IMG/VR virus record: IMGVR_UViG_3300021962_005968 | Location: 491-64,490 of that record | DNA from: a virus | Lineage: Duplodnaviria; Caudoviricetes | DNA length: 64,000 nt | Strand: one strand, 5' to 3' | Shown here: in pieces, positions 49,368-58,568 of the stretch | Position numbering within the stretch: position 1 is the first letter of the stretch | Layout: every line of letters begins with the position of its first letter | Position numbers and translations under genes: made by a program | Notes under the pieces: model-generated | The model's input: only the letters and a program-made list of their open reading frames with translations | Databases searched by the model: none | Told to the model about the DNA's origin: nothing

Positions 49368-49517
49368 TCAAGGTAAAAATCTACCTATTAGACCATTAAC
49401 GATTTTATCAGATAAATCATTTGGTAAAAATTTAAGAAATCCTAAAAAGTACATTGCCACCGAACCATATACAAATATCTTTAAACACATATCAAATGTT
49501 TTTTGGTATTCGTTCAT
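49368..49517 (-). CDS. Small membrane protein (49 aa, not in ORF track)
   Basis: MNEYQKTFDMCLKIFVYGSVAMYFLGFLKFLP... Overlaps the upstream stop. Confidence 0.55.
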   Translation of the reverse strand: MNEYQKTFDMCLKIFVYGSVAMYFLGFLKFLPNDLSDKIVNGLIGRFLP

Positions 49518-50011
49518 CTTCCGCACCTATTACCTGTTTGGCAAAACTGCATTAGTTCATATCCACCTATAAACAATACAAATAAAACAAATGCAGCTCC
49601 ACCAATTATCATGGCCCATTCGTTTAATTCTTCTTCTTTTTGTTTACGTTTACGCTCTTGGTCGTTGAACATTCTTATATCATTAGCATCGTCTGCATCC
49701 ATTTCTGCTTGACGGGCTTTGATCTTATTCCATACGTCAATCTTGCCTGTTTGCATAAACAACATTTTAAGTTCTTCTTCAAATGCTCTGGCCTGTTCTA
49801 ATGCCATTTCAATCTGAAGTGCGGTTCCCATGTTGGAACCTTTCTTAGATTTTTTAGCCTCCATTAATGCTTTAGTAGCAGTACTCTTAGCATCAAACAT
49901 CTTGCCAATCATAGGAGCAAGTGAACCTAAGTCATTGGCTACTTTACTAGCCTTTTTAACCATGCTTATTGCAGACTGTATACCTGCAAGTGCCGTTATT
50001 GGATCTATCAT
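49514..50011 (-). CDS. Hypothetical protein with C-terminal TM helix
   Basis: MIDPITALAGIQSAI..., coiled coil, C-terminal hydrophobic segment. Confidence 0.7.
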   Translation of the reverse strand: MIDPITALAGIQSAISMVKKASKVANDLGSLAPMIGKMFDAKSTATKALMEAKKSKKGSNMGTALQIEMALEQARAFEEELKMLFMQTGKIDVWNKIKARQAEMDADDANDIRMFNDQERKRKQKEEELNEWAMIIGGAAFVLFVLFIGGYELMQFCQTGNRCGR

Positions 50012-50154
50012 TTTTGTTTACCTTTTTTTTCTTCTTTTTCTTTTCTCCACTCAAGGCAAATCACTTTTCTATTATAGACATCTCCACCCCATGTCCATCG
50101 TATACATTCTGGTTTTTGAATGTACATATACATAGCAAGGGCAGTAGCAAACAT
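50008..50154 (-). CDS. Small protein (48 aa, not in ORF track)
   Basis: MFATALAMYMYIQKPECIRWTWGGDVYNRKVICLEW... Coupled to neighbours by overlaps. Confidence 0.55.
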   Translation of the reverse strand: MFATALAMYMYIQKPECIRWTWGGDVYNRKVICLEWRKEKEEKKGKQK

Positions 50155-50741
50155 TATTTATTCGCCAATGGATTATCAATAGCTTTTTGAATTTTATTAT
50201 CAACTTCCTTCTTCAACACTTCAACTTCTCTGCTAATCTCTCTACGAGCATCTGCCATCTCTTTACGTATAGCATTTACTTCGCCTCTAGCTTTATCTAA
50301 ATCTTCTCGTATATCTTTGCGAGCCTGGCGCATTTCTTGCTCCGTCTCTCTTTGTGCTTGTTTAACACTACGCTCTACCTGTTCTGTAACTGATTCATTA
50401 CGACGAATATCATTCTTTAAGTCAGTCTTAATATCGCGAGTGTAGTCGGATGTTTTGGAACTGTTTTCTTCAATAACTGCTAATCGTTTATCAAATCCCG
50501 ATAAGTCAGGTGCCTCATATGAAGCAATCTTTTTCTTCATACCGATGTAATCTTTATATACTTCAAATGTTCCATACAATCCACCTAATACAGAACTAAC
50601 AATAGTTGCAGCTACCATAAGTTTTGCTGGGGTAAATTCATATCCGCCTATGCTAATAACAGTATCTTTACTTGCATACTTCTTCATTGCCGCTTCTGCT
50701 TCGTCAATCTTAGCATTAACGTTTTTAATTTCTTCTGACAT
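50154..50741 (-). CDS. Single-TM long coiled-coil protein
   Basis: TM LMVAATIVSSVLGGLYG, heptad-rich C-terminus, ending IQKAIDNPLA. Confidence 0.7.
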   Translation of the reverse strand: MSEEIKNVNAKIDEAEAAMKKYASKDTVISIGGYEFTPAKLMVAATIVSSVLGGLYGTFEVYKDYIGMKKKIASYEAPDLSGFDKRLAVIEENSSKTSDYTRDIKTDLKNDIRRNESVTEQVERSVKQAQRETEQEMRQARKDIREDLDKARGEVNAIRKEMADARREISREVEVLKKEVDNKIQKAIDNPLANK

Positions 50742-50846
50742 TTTACTTCCTTTTTTTATTGTAAAACTATAAGACATACCACTGCGATTATTCCCAAAAC
50801 TACTATGGTTCCGCACACAAAATCATATATGTGCTGTCCGTTCATT

Positions 50847-52784
50847 TCATTCTCCTAGTTTGTATTGTCGATTAACCATTTCTTGATGGAGTCTATCGCT
50901 TCCCAATCCTCTTAATAGTCTAACATTATCTGTAACCGTTTGATTTTTATAAATTTCCTTTGGTGCATAAAATGCAACATCTGGCATCATAAAGAAATAT
51001 TGTGAATAATTTGCAGGTTGTTTTGCAATTGATTCTATTGTTATATTCCCCGCCAATTCATTATTGTTCACATTTCTTACAACAGTGTTATTTTGCTGAG
51101 AGTTATCATTTGTGGAAGGCATAAAGGGTTTTGCATCTATTGCATTGTCAACTACACTTTTATTTCCAAATTTTATACCTTCATTCGAGGGCATATCAAT
51201 TTGTATTTGCGGAGTATAACGTATTGGTGCGTTTAAATTATACGATAATGTTGGCGATGCTATTGATACAGTTAATTCTTGTCTTATAACCGGAGGTTGA
51301 TATTGCACAGAATTCACTGTAGGTTGAGTATAAAAAGACTCTACCTTAGGAGGTTCATATTTAGGAGTAGGTAAACTAAATTGACCTACATTTACATTAT
51401 CTTGTTTTGTAGCAGAAGGTGTGTTTTGTTGACTGTTACCAAAAGAATTAGAAGTCTGTTGACCCGCTGAACTACTTGCCATTGATTGCTCTAATCTGGT
51501 AGTATTAACTACAGTATTAGATTGTAGATTGCCTTGTAATGCTAAAGCACCACTTTGCATTGGATTTGAGAATGATTGAGCAGATCCGGGTTGTACTACA
51601 CTTGTTGCTTGAGAACTATTAGCTGCAGCACTTTGCGACTGTGCATCTCCTGCAATTTTTTCTGCTTGTTGTTTAGCAGTTTCCCCTGCGGAAAATGCTT
51701 GTGCATCCGCGGCCTGCACTACAGACTTTTCTAACGCCGCAGTCTTTTCTTGATTTGCCCCAATCATACTAAGAACCGAAGATAAAGATACTGTTGATTT
51801 AGAACCACCTGAAGAATCTGACACCTCACCGGCTTTAGTTTGTTGGCCACCCGGTGCTGGTTGTGTAGATGCAACTTGGGGTGCTGGACCTGATGGAGGA
51901 GGAGGTTGCGAACCTTGTGGTGGAGGACTTCCAGGAGGAGGTTGCGAACCTTGTGGTGGTGGAGGACTTCCAGGAGGAGGTGCAATTCCAGTTGTCGTAA
52001 TTGTAACATTATCAATCGTAGTTTGAACTCCCATTAGTGTTGGTTCTGTAACTATTGTAGTTGTTAATGTTTGTGGAGTCAATTTAGCAAGTGCCTCAAA
52101 ATAACCAGGACACGTTGGGCTACTCAATACATTACCAGCACATGGGTCTACAGAATACTTCAGACTGAAATTTACATTGTAAATTTCAGGACCATACGGA
52201 CCTGCCCAAAAGTTATTGTCTCTTCCCACAAAACCATATTGAACACTACCCAAATCTTTAGATGCAAAAGGACTATTGAATGTTTCAGAATAATTGAAGG
52301 TAGTCCAGTTAAATCTAGAATTCAAATCATAATTTTTATTGAATACAGTAGAACCTTTTGGATCATAGAAACTGACATATGCAGTAAGATAGTCCAGTCT
52401 ACCATCATCCCACCCATTTCCATTCTTAGCAGTAAATCCAAAATTATATCCATCTACTCTAAGTCCTGTTCCTGTATTTGAAAGAACATTTGCAATTGTT
52501 TGCATCTGATAAAGATTAGTCATACCATATGAAAAGTTAATGCTATCACCAGGTCGAACGATTGGATTTGGTCCACAGTAACCTGGATCGCCATATCCCC
52601 AACAAGTGAGATTGTTCTGATAGACACCATTTACCCAAGGCGTAGGTCCACCTTGGGGAGTTGTCTGGACAATATTCCCTGTACTGTATACTTGTCCAGC
52701 TTCTAGTGTTTGCGCTTTACTTAAAAGCGGCGTGAACAAGAATGCCGAGCAAAGAGCCAACGCCAATGTTTTTAGCAGTTTCAT
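50847..52784 (-). CDS. Large secreted/virion-associated protein with Pro-rich linker
   Basis: Signal peptide MKLLKTLALALCSAFL, beta-rich N-domain, DPC..SPTCPGY and PPGSPPPPQGSQ repeats. Confidence 0.7.
   Translation of the reverse strand: MKLLKTLALALCSAFLFTPLLSKAQTLEAGQVYSTGNIVQTTPQGGPTPWVNGVYQNNLTCWGYGDPGYCGPNPIVRPGDSINFSYGMTNLYQMQTIANVLSNTGTGLRVDGYNFGFTAKNGNGWDDGRLDYLTAYVSFYDPKGSTVFNKNYDLNSRFNWTTFNYSETFNSPFASKDLGSVQYGFVGRDNNFWAGPYGPEIYNVNFSLKYSVDPCAGNVLSSPTCPGYFEALAKLTPQTLTTTIVTEPTLMGVQTTIDNVTITTTGIAPPPGSPPPPQGSQPPPGSPPPQGSQPPPPSGPAPQVASTQPAPGGQQTKAGEVSDSSGGSKSTVSLSSVLSMIGANQEKTAALEKSVVQAADAQAFSAGETAKQQAEKIAGDAQSQSAAANSSQATSVVQPGSAQSFSNPMQSGALALQGNLQSNTVVNTTRLEQSMASSSAGQQTSNSFGNSQQNTPSATKQDNVNVGQFSLPTPKYEPPKVESFYTQPTVNSVQYQPPVIRQELTVSIASPTLSYNLNAPIRYTPQIQIDMPSNEGIKFGNKSVVDNAIDAKPFMPSTNDNSQQNNTVVRNVNNNELAGNITIESIAKQPANYSQYFFMMPDVAFYAPKEIYKNQTVTDNVRLLRGLGSDRLHQEMVNRQYKLGE
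51895..51981. repeat. Tandem ~36-39 bp repeat encoding PPGSPPP(P)QGSQ
   Basis: GGAGGAGGTTGCGAACCTTGTGGTGG(TGG)AGGACTTCCA twice plus a partial copy. Confidence 0.85.
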
Positions 52785-54087
52785 ATTTGTCTTCTTTAGG
52801 TGTTTGTGGGATTTTATCTTTATTATCTTCCCATGCAAGTTTAGCTTGTTCGCCAATTTTACCTTCAATAGGACAAGGGGTGCCTGCATTTAACATTGCT
52901 CTAAACACTCGATCGTCCTGACACATGACTGCTACTGCAGCAACTTTCATTCCCATATCATAAAGGGTTTTAGAAAGTTTTAATCTTTCACAATTTAAAT
53001 CTCTTATTGTTCCGCCAGATGAAACACCAAATACTTGTGTTTGAACTGAACCAGATGATCCCGTACTACATAAATCATTGTTACCTCCACTCATCATTGC
53101 TGGAGCAACGGCTGTCGGCGGGGGTTGAATTACTTTCTGCGTAATAGTAGTTTCATTAATATTCCTATTTGTCATATCACCAGAATTAATGTTTTGATTT
53201 ATATTGGCATTTTGATTAACGTTTGTATTATTGCTAGTACTTGTTGATGTGTTAATATTACGATTTGTCATATCACCAGTATTGACATTATTATTCTGAT
53301 TTGTAGACGTACTTACATTATTATTTTGATTTGTAGATGTACTTACATTATTATTGTTGTAAGTCATTGTACCAGTATTTTCGTTTTTGTTAACATTAGT
53401 AGATGTACTAACACTATTGTTATTGTTATTAAACGTCTGAGTACCGCTATTTACATTGTAGTTTGTATTGGTATTTGATGATGTGGATGTATTAATATTA
53501 CGATTCGTCATATCACCAGTGTTCACATTGTTGTTTGTATTAACGTTCGTACTGGTGCTTGCATTAGTGTTTTGATTAACATTCGTTAGCGTACCGCTTT
53601 GAATATTATTGTTAGTGTTAACATTATTGTTTGAGCTGGTGCTCGTATTGACGTTATTATTATTGTTCGTCATTGTACCAGAATTAACGTTGTTATTATT
53701 GTACGTCATTGTACCAGAATTAACGTTGTTATTATTAAACGTCTGCGTACCGCTATTTATGTTATTATTTGTATTAACATTGGTACTTGTGCTAGTACTT
53801 GCGTTGTTGTTATTGTTAGTATTTGTAGATGTACTATTTACTGTTGAATTGCTTGTAGCAGTTGATGTGCTTGTAGCAGTACTGTTACTATTTACTGTGC
53901 TAACACTATTTGAAGTGCTATTTGTGTCTACTAACGTTTTGCTGTCGTAAGTTCCTTGATTTATGAGACTTGTAGTCCCCGTTGTCGTTCCCCCTGTTGT
54001 ACTAGAGGTTCCACTTGTAGTTTGCGCTAAAGTGCTACCAAACATCATAACAAAAAGTGCCAGTGCGGCCGCCTTTTTGTTGAACAT
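52717..54087 (-). CDS. Secreted Asn/Thr/Ser-repeat protein with Cys-rich C-terminal domain
   Basis: Signal peptide, long N/T/S repeat region, then PPPTAVAP...DLNCERLKLSKTLYDMGMKVAAV..GTPCP. GGAG RBS. Confidence 0.8.
   Translation of the reverse strand: MFNKKAAALALFVMMFGSTLAQTTSGTSSTTGGTTTGTTSLINQGTYDSKTLVDTNSTSNSVSTVNSNSTATSTSTATSNSTVNSTSTNTNNNNNASTSTSTNVNTNNNINSGTQTFNNNNVNSGTMTYNNNNVNSGTMTNNNNNVNTSTSSNNNVNTNNNIQSGTLTNVNQNTNASTSTNVNTNNNVNTGDMTNRNINTSTSSNTNTNYNVNSGTQTFNNNNNSVSTSTNVNKNENTGTMTYNNNNVSTSTNQNNNVSTSTNQNNNVNTGDMTNRNINTSTSTSNNTNVNQNANINQNINSGDMTNRNINETTITQKVIQPPPTAVAPAMMSGGNNDLCSTGSSGSVQTQVFGVSSGGTIRDLNCERLKLSKTLYDMGMKVAAVAVMCQDDRVFRAMLNAGTPCPIEGKIGEQAKLAWEDNKDKIPQTPKEDKYETAKNIGVGSLLGILVHAAFK
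53150..53900. repeat. Degenerate coding repeats (NNNNVNSGTMT / GDMTNRNIN)
   Basis: CGTCATTGTACCAGAATTAACGTTGTTATTATT repeated with a 36-nt period, and GTCATATCACCAG three times. Confidence 0.8.
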
Positions 54088-54143
54088 TTTATCTCCTTTG
54101 ATTGTTATTTAATTATATTTGGTCATCTTAATAAATAATTTTA

Positions 54144-54172
54144 TTGACATTTCATTGGGTTTGCTATATAAT
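54144..54172 (+). promoter_or_regulatory. Sigma70-like promoter for gp43
   Basis: TTGACA-17 nt-TATAAT. Confidence 0.8.
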
Positions 54173-54180
54173 GATACAAT

Positions 54181-54188
54181 TATTTATA
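54181..54188 (-). promoter_or_regulatory. T4-type late promoter for the minus-strand module
   Basis: TATTTATA on plus equals TATAAATA on minus, about 95 nt upstream of the 54087 start. Confidence 0.6.
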
Positions 54189-54207
54189 ATGTCTAAGAAA
54201 GTTTTTA

Positions 54208-56697
54208 ATGAAGTTTTATACAAACGTGAATCAGTATGGCAATCGGATTCTAGTTCGAGGCGTAAATAACGGCAAAACGGTTCAAGATAAGATTGAATTT
54301 AAGCCAAGTTTATATACGAAATCTCAAAAACAAACTCAGCATAAGTCGTTATTCGGAGATTTTCTTGAGGAAATCGAGTTCGCAGATATCAATGACGCCA
54401 AAGATTATGTCAGTCGATATAAAGAAGTTGAGAATTTCCCCATCTTCGGTAACACGAATTATGCTTATCAGTATATCACAAAGACGTTTCCTGGCGAAGT
54501 AGAGTTCGATATTTCGCAAATTAAAATATGGTCTCTTGATATTGAGACATCTGCAGAACTTGGATTCCCTGATGTGCGCGATCCAAAAGAAGCATTACTA
54601 TTAATTACTATTCAAGATGCAAATACCAAAGAACTTACTACATTCGGAACAAAGCATTTCAATGTAACCAAACAGAATCATACATATATCCAATGTAGGG
54701 ATGAGTATGATCTATTACAGAAGTTTGTTCTATATACTCAAGAAAATTGTCCTCACATTCTAACAGGTTGGAATCTAGAGTTTTTCGATATTCCATATTT
54801 GTGTTCTCGTATTGCCCGTATTCTTGGAGATGAGTATGTTCGCAAGCTATCACCTTGGGGTGTAGTAAAGGCAAAAGAGTTTACCCGTATGAATCGTACA
54901 GAACTTACATACGATATCCTAGGTGTAGCTATTCTAGACTATCTTGATCTGTATAAGAAGTTTACATACTCGGCGCAAGAATCATATAAGTTGGATCACA
55001 TTGCCAAAGTAGAATTGGGCAAAGAGAAGTTATCGTATGCAGAATATACTTCATTTCGAGACTTCTATAAAAATGATTGGCAAAAGTTTGTTGAGTATAA
55101 CGTAATTGACGTAGAGCTTGTTGACCAACTTGAAGATAAGATGAAGTTAATTGAGCTGATTCTAACAATGGCGTATGATGCTAAGTGTAATTATGTAGAT
55201 GTATTCTCAGCTGTAAGAACATGGGATTGTATCTTGTGGAATCATTTGTGGAATCAGAATATTGTTGTTCATCAGCGAGAAGGGTTGCCTGGTAGACCAA
55301 TCGTCGGAGCATTTGTTCAAGAGCCAAAGCCTGGACAGTATGATTGGGTTGTATCGTTTGATGCAACAAGTCTATATCCAAGTATTATTATGCAGTACAA
55401 TCTATCTCCAGAAACTCAGGTTAAGAGAGAAACAAAGAGTACTACTGTTGAACAATTGCTACAGAACAAGTATAATTTAGATGATCTAAAAGAAAAGAAC
55501 TTGTGTATGTCGGCAAATGGGTTCTGTTACACTAGAGAAAAGCAAGGCCTGTTTCCTGAGATTGTACAAAAGTTATTTGACGATCGACAAAAATATAAGA
55601 AACTAATGTTGGCCGCTCAATCTAAATATGAAGAGACAAAAGATAAGAAATGGCAAAAAGAGATTGCGAAGTTTAATAACTTTCAGATGGCTCGTAAGAT
55701 TCAATTGAACTCGTTGTTTGGCGCATGGGGTAATGAGTTTTTCCGATTCTATGATGCTAACATTGCTGAAGGCATTACTATGTCAGGGCAATATATTATT
55801 CAGACAGTCGGCGCAGCATTGGATGAATATTTAAATAAAGTATGTGGTACAAAAGATCGCGTATATTCATTCTATTCAGATACAGATGCTTGTTATATTA
55901 CACTTGATCCATTGGTTCAAAAGTTCTATAAAGATCAACCAAAAGAAAAGATTGTTGAAATTCTAGATAAAATTTGTAATGAGAAGATTGAAAAAGCAAT
56001 TAACAAGGCATGCGACGGACTTGCTGATTACACTAATGCGTTTGAAACAAAGATTTATTTTAAGCGTGAGGTTATTGCAGATCGAGGTATTTGGGTTGCT
56101 AAGAAACGATATGCGTTGAATGTTTATAATAATGAGGGAGTTCAATATAAAGAACCAAAGTTAAAGGTCATGGGATTGGAGATTGTTAGATCTTCTACCC
56201 CCGAACCTGTTCGAGATGCTTTAAAGGCAGCAGTTAAATTGGCATTGACAGGAACTGAACAACAGCTACAAGATTATATCAGAGAGTTCGAATCCAAGTA
56301 TCGTAAGATGGCACCCGAATTAATTGCGTTCCCGAGAGGCGTAAACGGAGTCGATAAATATACAGACAGAGGTAGCATTTATAAACAAGGCACACCGATG
56401 CACGTTCGAGGTGCTCTGTTGTATAACTTCTATCTAAAAGAAAAACAAATCGATAAAAAGTATGAACTTATAAATGAAGGCGATAAGATCAAATTCATTT
56501 ACTTGAAAGAACCAAACTTGATTAAAGAAAATTGCATTGCCTTTATCAATGTTATTCCCGAAGAGTTCAATTTGAAGCAGTATGTAGATTATGACATTAT
56601 GTTTGAGAAATCATTTCTTGAACCATTAACAACAATTTTAAATGGCGTAGGTTGGTCGGCAAAACCACAAGCAACATTAGAAGGATTATTCGCATGA
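54208..56697 (+). CDS. gp43: gp43 family B DNA polymerase
   Basis: Exonuclease motifs LDIET and GWNLEFFD. Polymerase motifs FDATSLYPSI, KIQLNSLFG, YSDTDA and KKRYAL. Confidence 0.98.
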   Translation: MKFYTNVNQYGNRILVRGVNNGKTVQDKIEFKPSLYTKSQKQTQHKSLFGDFLEEIEFADINDAKDYVSRYKEVENFPIFGNTNYAYQYITKTFPGEVEFDISQIKIWSLDIETSAELGFPDVRDPKEALLLITIQDANTKELTTFGTKHFNVTKQNHTYIQCRDEYDLLQKFVLYTQENCPHILTGWNLEFFDIPYLCSRIARILGDEYVRKLSPWGVVKAKEFTRMNRTELTYDILGVAILDYLDLYKKFTYSAQESYKLDHIAKVELGKEKLSYAEYTSFRDFYKNDWQKFVEYNVIDVELVDQLEDKMKLIELILTMAYDAKCNYVDVFSAVRTWDCILWNHLWNQNIVVHQREGLPGRPIVGAFVQEPKPGQYDWVVSFDATSLYPSIIMQYNLSPETQVKRETKSTTVEQLLQNKYNLDDLKEKNLCMSANGFCYTREKQGLFPEIVQKLFDDRQKYKKLMLAAQSKYEETKDKKWQKEIAKFNNFQMARKIQLNSLFGAWGNEFFRFYDANIAEGITMSGQYIIQTVGAALDEYLNKVCGTKDRVYSFYSDTDACYITLDPLVQKFYKDQPKEKIVEILDKICNEKIEKAINKACDGLADYTNAFETKIYFKREVIADRGIWVAKKRYALNVYNNEGVQYKEPKLKVMGLEIVRSSTPEPVRDALKAAVKLALTGTEQQLQDYIREFESKYRKMAPELIAFPRGVNGVDKYTDRGSIYKQGTPMHVRGALLYNFYLKEKQIDKKYELINEGDKIKFIYLKEPNLIKENCIAFINVIPEEFNLKQYVDYDIMFEKSFLEPLTTILNGVGWSAKPQATLEGLFA

Positions 56698-57149
56698 AAA
56701 CAATTAAATTACTGTCTATTTTGTTAGCTACACTTAGCTTTGCATCTTATGCACAAAAGACACCGCAAGGCGCTACATATGACGCACAAATTTTACGAGT
56801 GAGCGATGGCGACACAGTTGTGATCGCCGCGCCCTTTCTACCCAAGCCGCTCAAACCAGAATTGGCTGTCCGAATCTTTGGCGTTGACACTCCTGAAAAA
56901 GGACACAGAGCAATGTGCCCTAGCGAAGCTCAGCGAGGAGAAGCAGCATCAGCTTTCACTAAAAATGCGATTGCTACAGCAGCAGCACAAGGCGGCAAGT
57001 TTCAGGCAACTCTTTATGGATGGGACAAGTTTGGAGGTCGTATTCTTGGCGACATTCTAATTAATGGACAAAGTCTACGTGCTGGATTGATTGCAAATGG
57101 ATTCGCTCGTGAGTATTATGGTGAAGCCAAACAAAGTTGGTGCAATTAA
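56694..57149 (+). CDS. Thermonuclease (SNase-like) with signal peptide
   Basis: Motifs VSDGDTV, VRIFGVDTPE, DKFGGRILG and GFAREY. N-terminal signal ending ASYA. Confidence 0.9.
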   Translation: MKTIKLLSILLATLSFASYAQKTPQGATYDAQILRVSDGDTVVIAAPFLPKPLKPELAVRIFGVDTPEKGHRAMCPSEAQRGEAASAFTKNAIATAAAQGGKFQATLYGWDKFGGRILGDILINGQSLRAGLIANGFAREYYGEAKQSWCN

Positions 57150-57152
57150 GTA

Positions 57153-57181
57153 TAGACTTTTTGCCTAGAATATATTATAAT
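57153..57181 (+). promoter_or_regulatory. Sigma70-like promoter for uvsX
   Basis: TAGACT-17 nt-TATAAT. Confidence 0.65.
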
Positions 57182-57205
57182 ATTGAAATTACTTAAGGAG
57201 TTATT

Positions 57206-58285
57206 ATGTCGTTACTTGAAAAATTAAAAAAGAATTCTACAATTAAAGAAACCGAAATTCTAAACAAATCTAAATTCTTTGCAAAGAAGGATATGATTCA
57301 GACTTCGGTTCCTATGATGAATGTGGCATTGTCGGGATCTCTTGAAGGTGGATTGACTCCTGGTCTAACAGTATTTGCAGGTCCATCTAAGCATTTTAAA
57401 ACAGCATTTTCCTTGTTGCTTGCTAAAGCATACACTGACAAATATCCCGATGCTGTTATTTTATTTTATGATTCAGAGTTTGGTTCACCTCAAGCATACT
57501 TTGATAACTTTGGAATTGATACAGGTCGCATTCTTCATACACCTATTACAGACATTGAGCAATTAAAATTTGATCTAATGTCTCAGGTTAATAATATTGA
57601 GCGCGGTGAGCATATCATTATTGTTATTGACTCTGTAGGTAACCTAGCTTCTAAGAAAGAAGTTGATGATGCACTAGAAGGCAAGTCTGTTGCAGATATG
57701 ACTCGTGCTAAACAGATGAAGTCGTTGTTTAGAATGGTAACACCTCATTTGACTATTAAAGATATTCCAATGGTTGTTGTTAATCATACTTATTCTGAAA
57801 TTGGTTTATTCCCTAAACAAATTGTTTCGGGTGGTACGGGTTTGTATTATTCTGCAGATAACATCTTTATCATTGGTCGTCAGCAAGAAAAAGAAGGCAC
57901 AGAAGTTGTTGGATATAACTTCATTGTTAATGTTGAGAAGTCTAGATTTGTTCGTGAGAAGTCTAAGATTCCAGTTGAGGTAACGTTTGAGGGTGGTATT
58001 AGCAAATGGTCTGGTCTATTAGATGTAGCAATTGCTGGCGGGTTTGTTATTAAACCATCTAACGGTTGGTACTCAGCAGTTAATAAAGCAACCGGCGAAG
58101 TATCTGATAAGAAGTTTAGACTCAAAGATACTTACACTAAAGAATTCTGGATTCCTATTATCACATCTGATTTGTTTAGAACTTATATCGAAGACAGCTA
58201 TCGCATTGCAGGTTCAAATATGTTAGGTACAAGTTTTGATGAAGCAATTATTGATGAGGAGTTTGATAATGCCAGTGAAGTATAA
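57206..58285 (+). CDS. uvsX: UvsX RecA-like recombinase
   Basis: Motifs AGPSKHFKT, FYDSEFG, DSVGNLASKKE and VNHTY. Confidence 0.97.
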   Translation: MSLLEKLKKNSTIKETEILNKSKFFAKKDMIQTSVPMMNVALSGSLEGGLTPGLTVFAGPSKHFKTAFSLLLAKAYTDKYPDAVILFYDSEFGSPQAYFDNFGIDTGRILHTPITDIEQLKFDLMSQVNNIERGEHIIIVIDSVGNLASKKEVDDALEGKSVADMTRAKQMKSLFRMVTPHLTIKDIPMVVVNHTYSEIGLFPKQIVSGGTGLYYSADNIFIIGRQQEKEGTEVVGYNFIVNVEKSRFVREKSKIPVEVTFEGGISKWSGLLDVAIAGGFVIKPSNGWYSAVNKATGEVSDKKFRLKDTYTKEFWIPIITSDLFRTYIEDSYRIAGSNMLGTSFDEAIIDEEFDNASEV

Positions 58286-58568
58286 ACCTTGGTCAATTCA
58301 AAATGAAAAAACTGATTTATGGGGCTTTGAACTTTTGGAAGGTGAGTTTGCCGGAACAACCATTGCAATTACTTCCCTCTCGATGGAAAATAGTGATGAC
58401 GGGACAATCGCACTCGACTTCACGGTTTTTAAACAACCCGAAGGAAAAGAAATAGATACACAATCTGATAGTTTTAATGAAGCCCTTAATGGGGTAGTGA
58501 ATGATGTTTTGACAAAGGCTATTAATGAATTCGAAAATCGAAAAAGTAATTCTACAAAATCTGATTAA
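58269..58568 (+). CDS. Hypothetical protein in the T4 gp40 position
   Basis: Synteny between uvsX and gp41 only. Confidence 0.5.
   Translation: MPVKYKPWSIQNEKTDLWGFELLEGEFAGTTIAITSLSMENSDDGTIALDFTVFKQPEGKEIDTQSDSFNEALNGVVNDVLTKAINEFENRKSNSTKSD

Noticed and set aside
49345-50190. Plus-strand ORFs in the track (49345, 49503, 49830, 49969)
   Set aside because: They are antisense to a tightly coupled set of minus-strand genes and lack RBS or motifs.
53150-53900. Short repeats resembling a CRISPR array or DGR
   Set aside because: The repeats are in-frame, degenerate and coding, with no constant repeat/unique spacer pattern. No cas or reverse transcriptase gene is present in the window.
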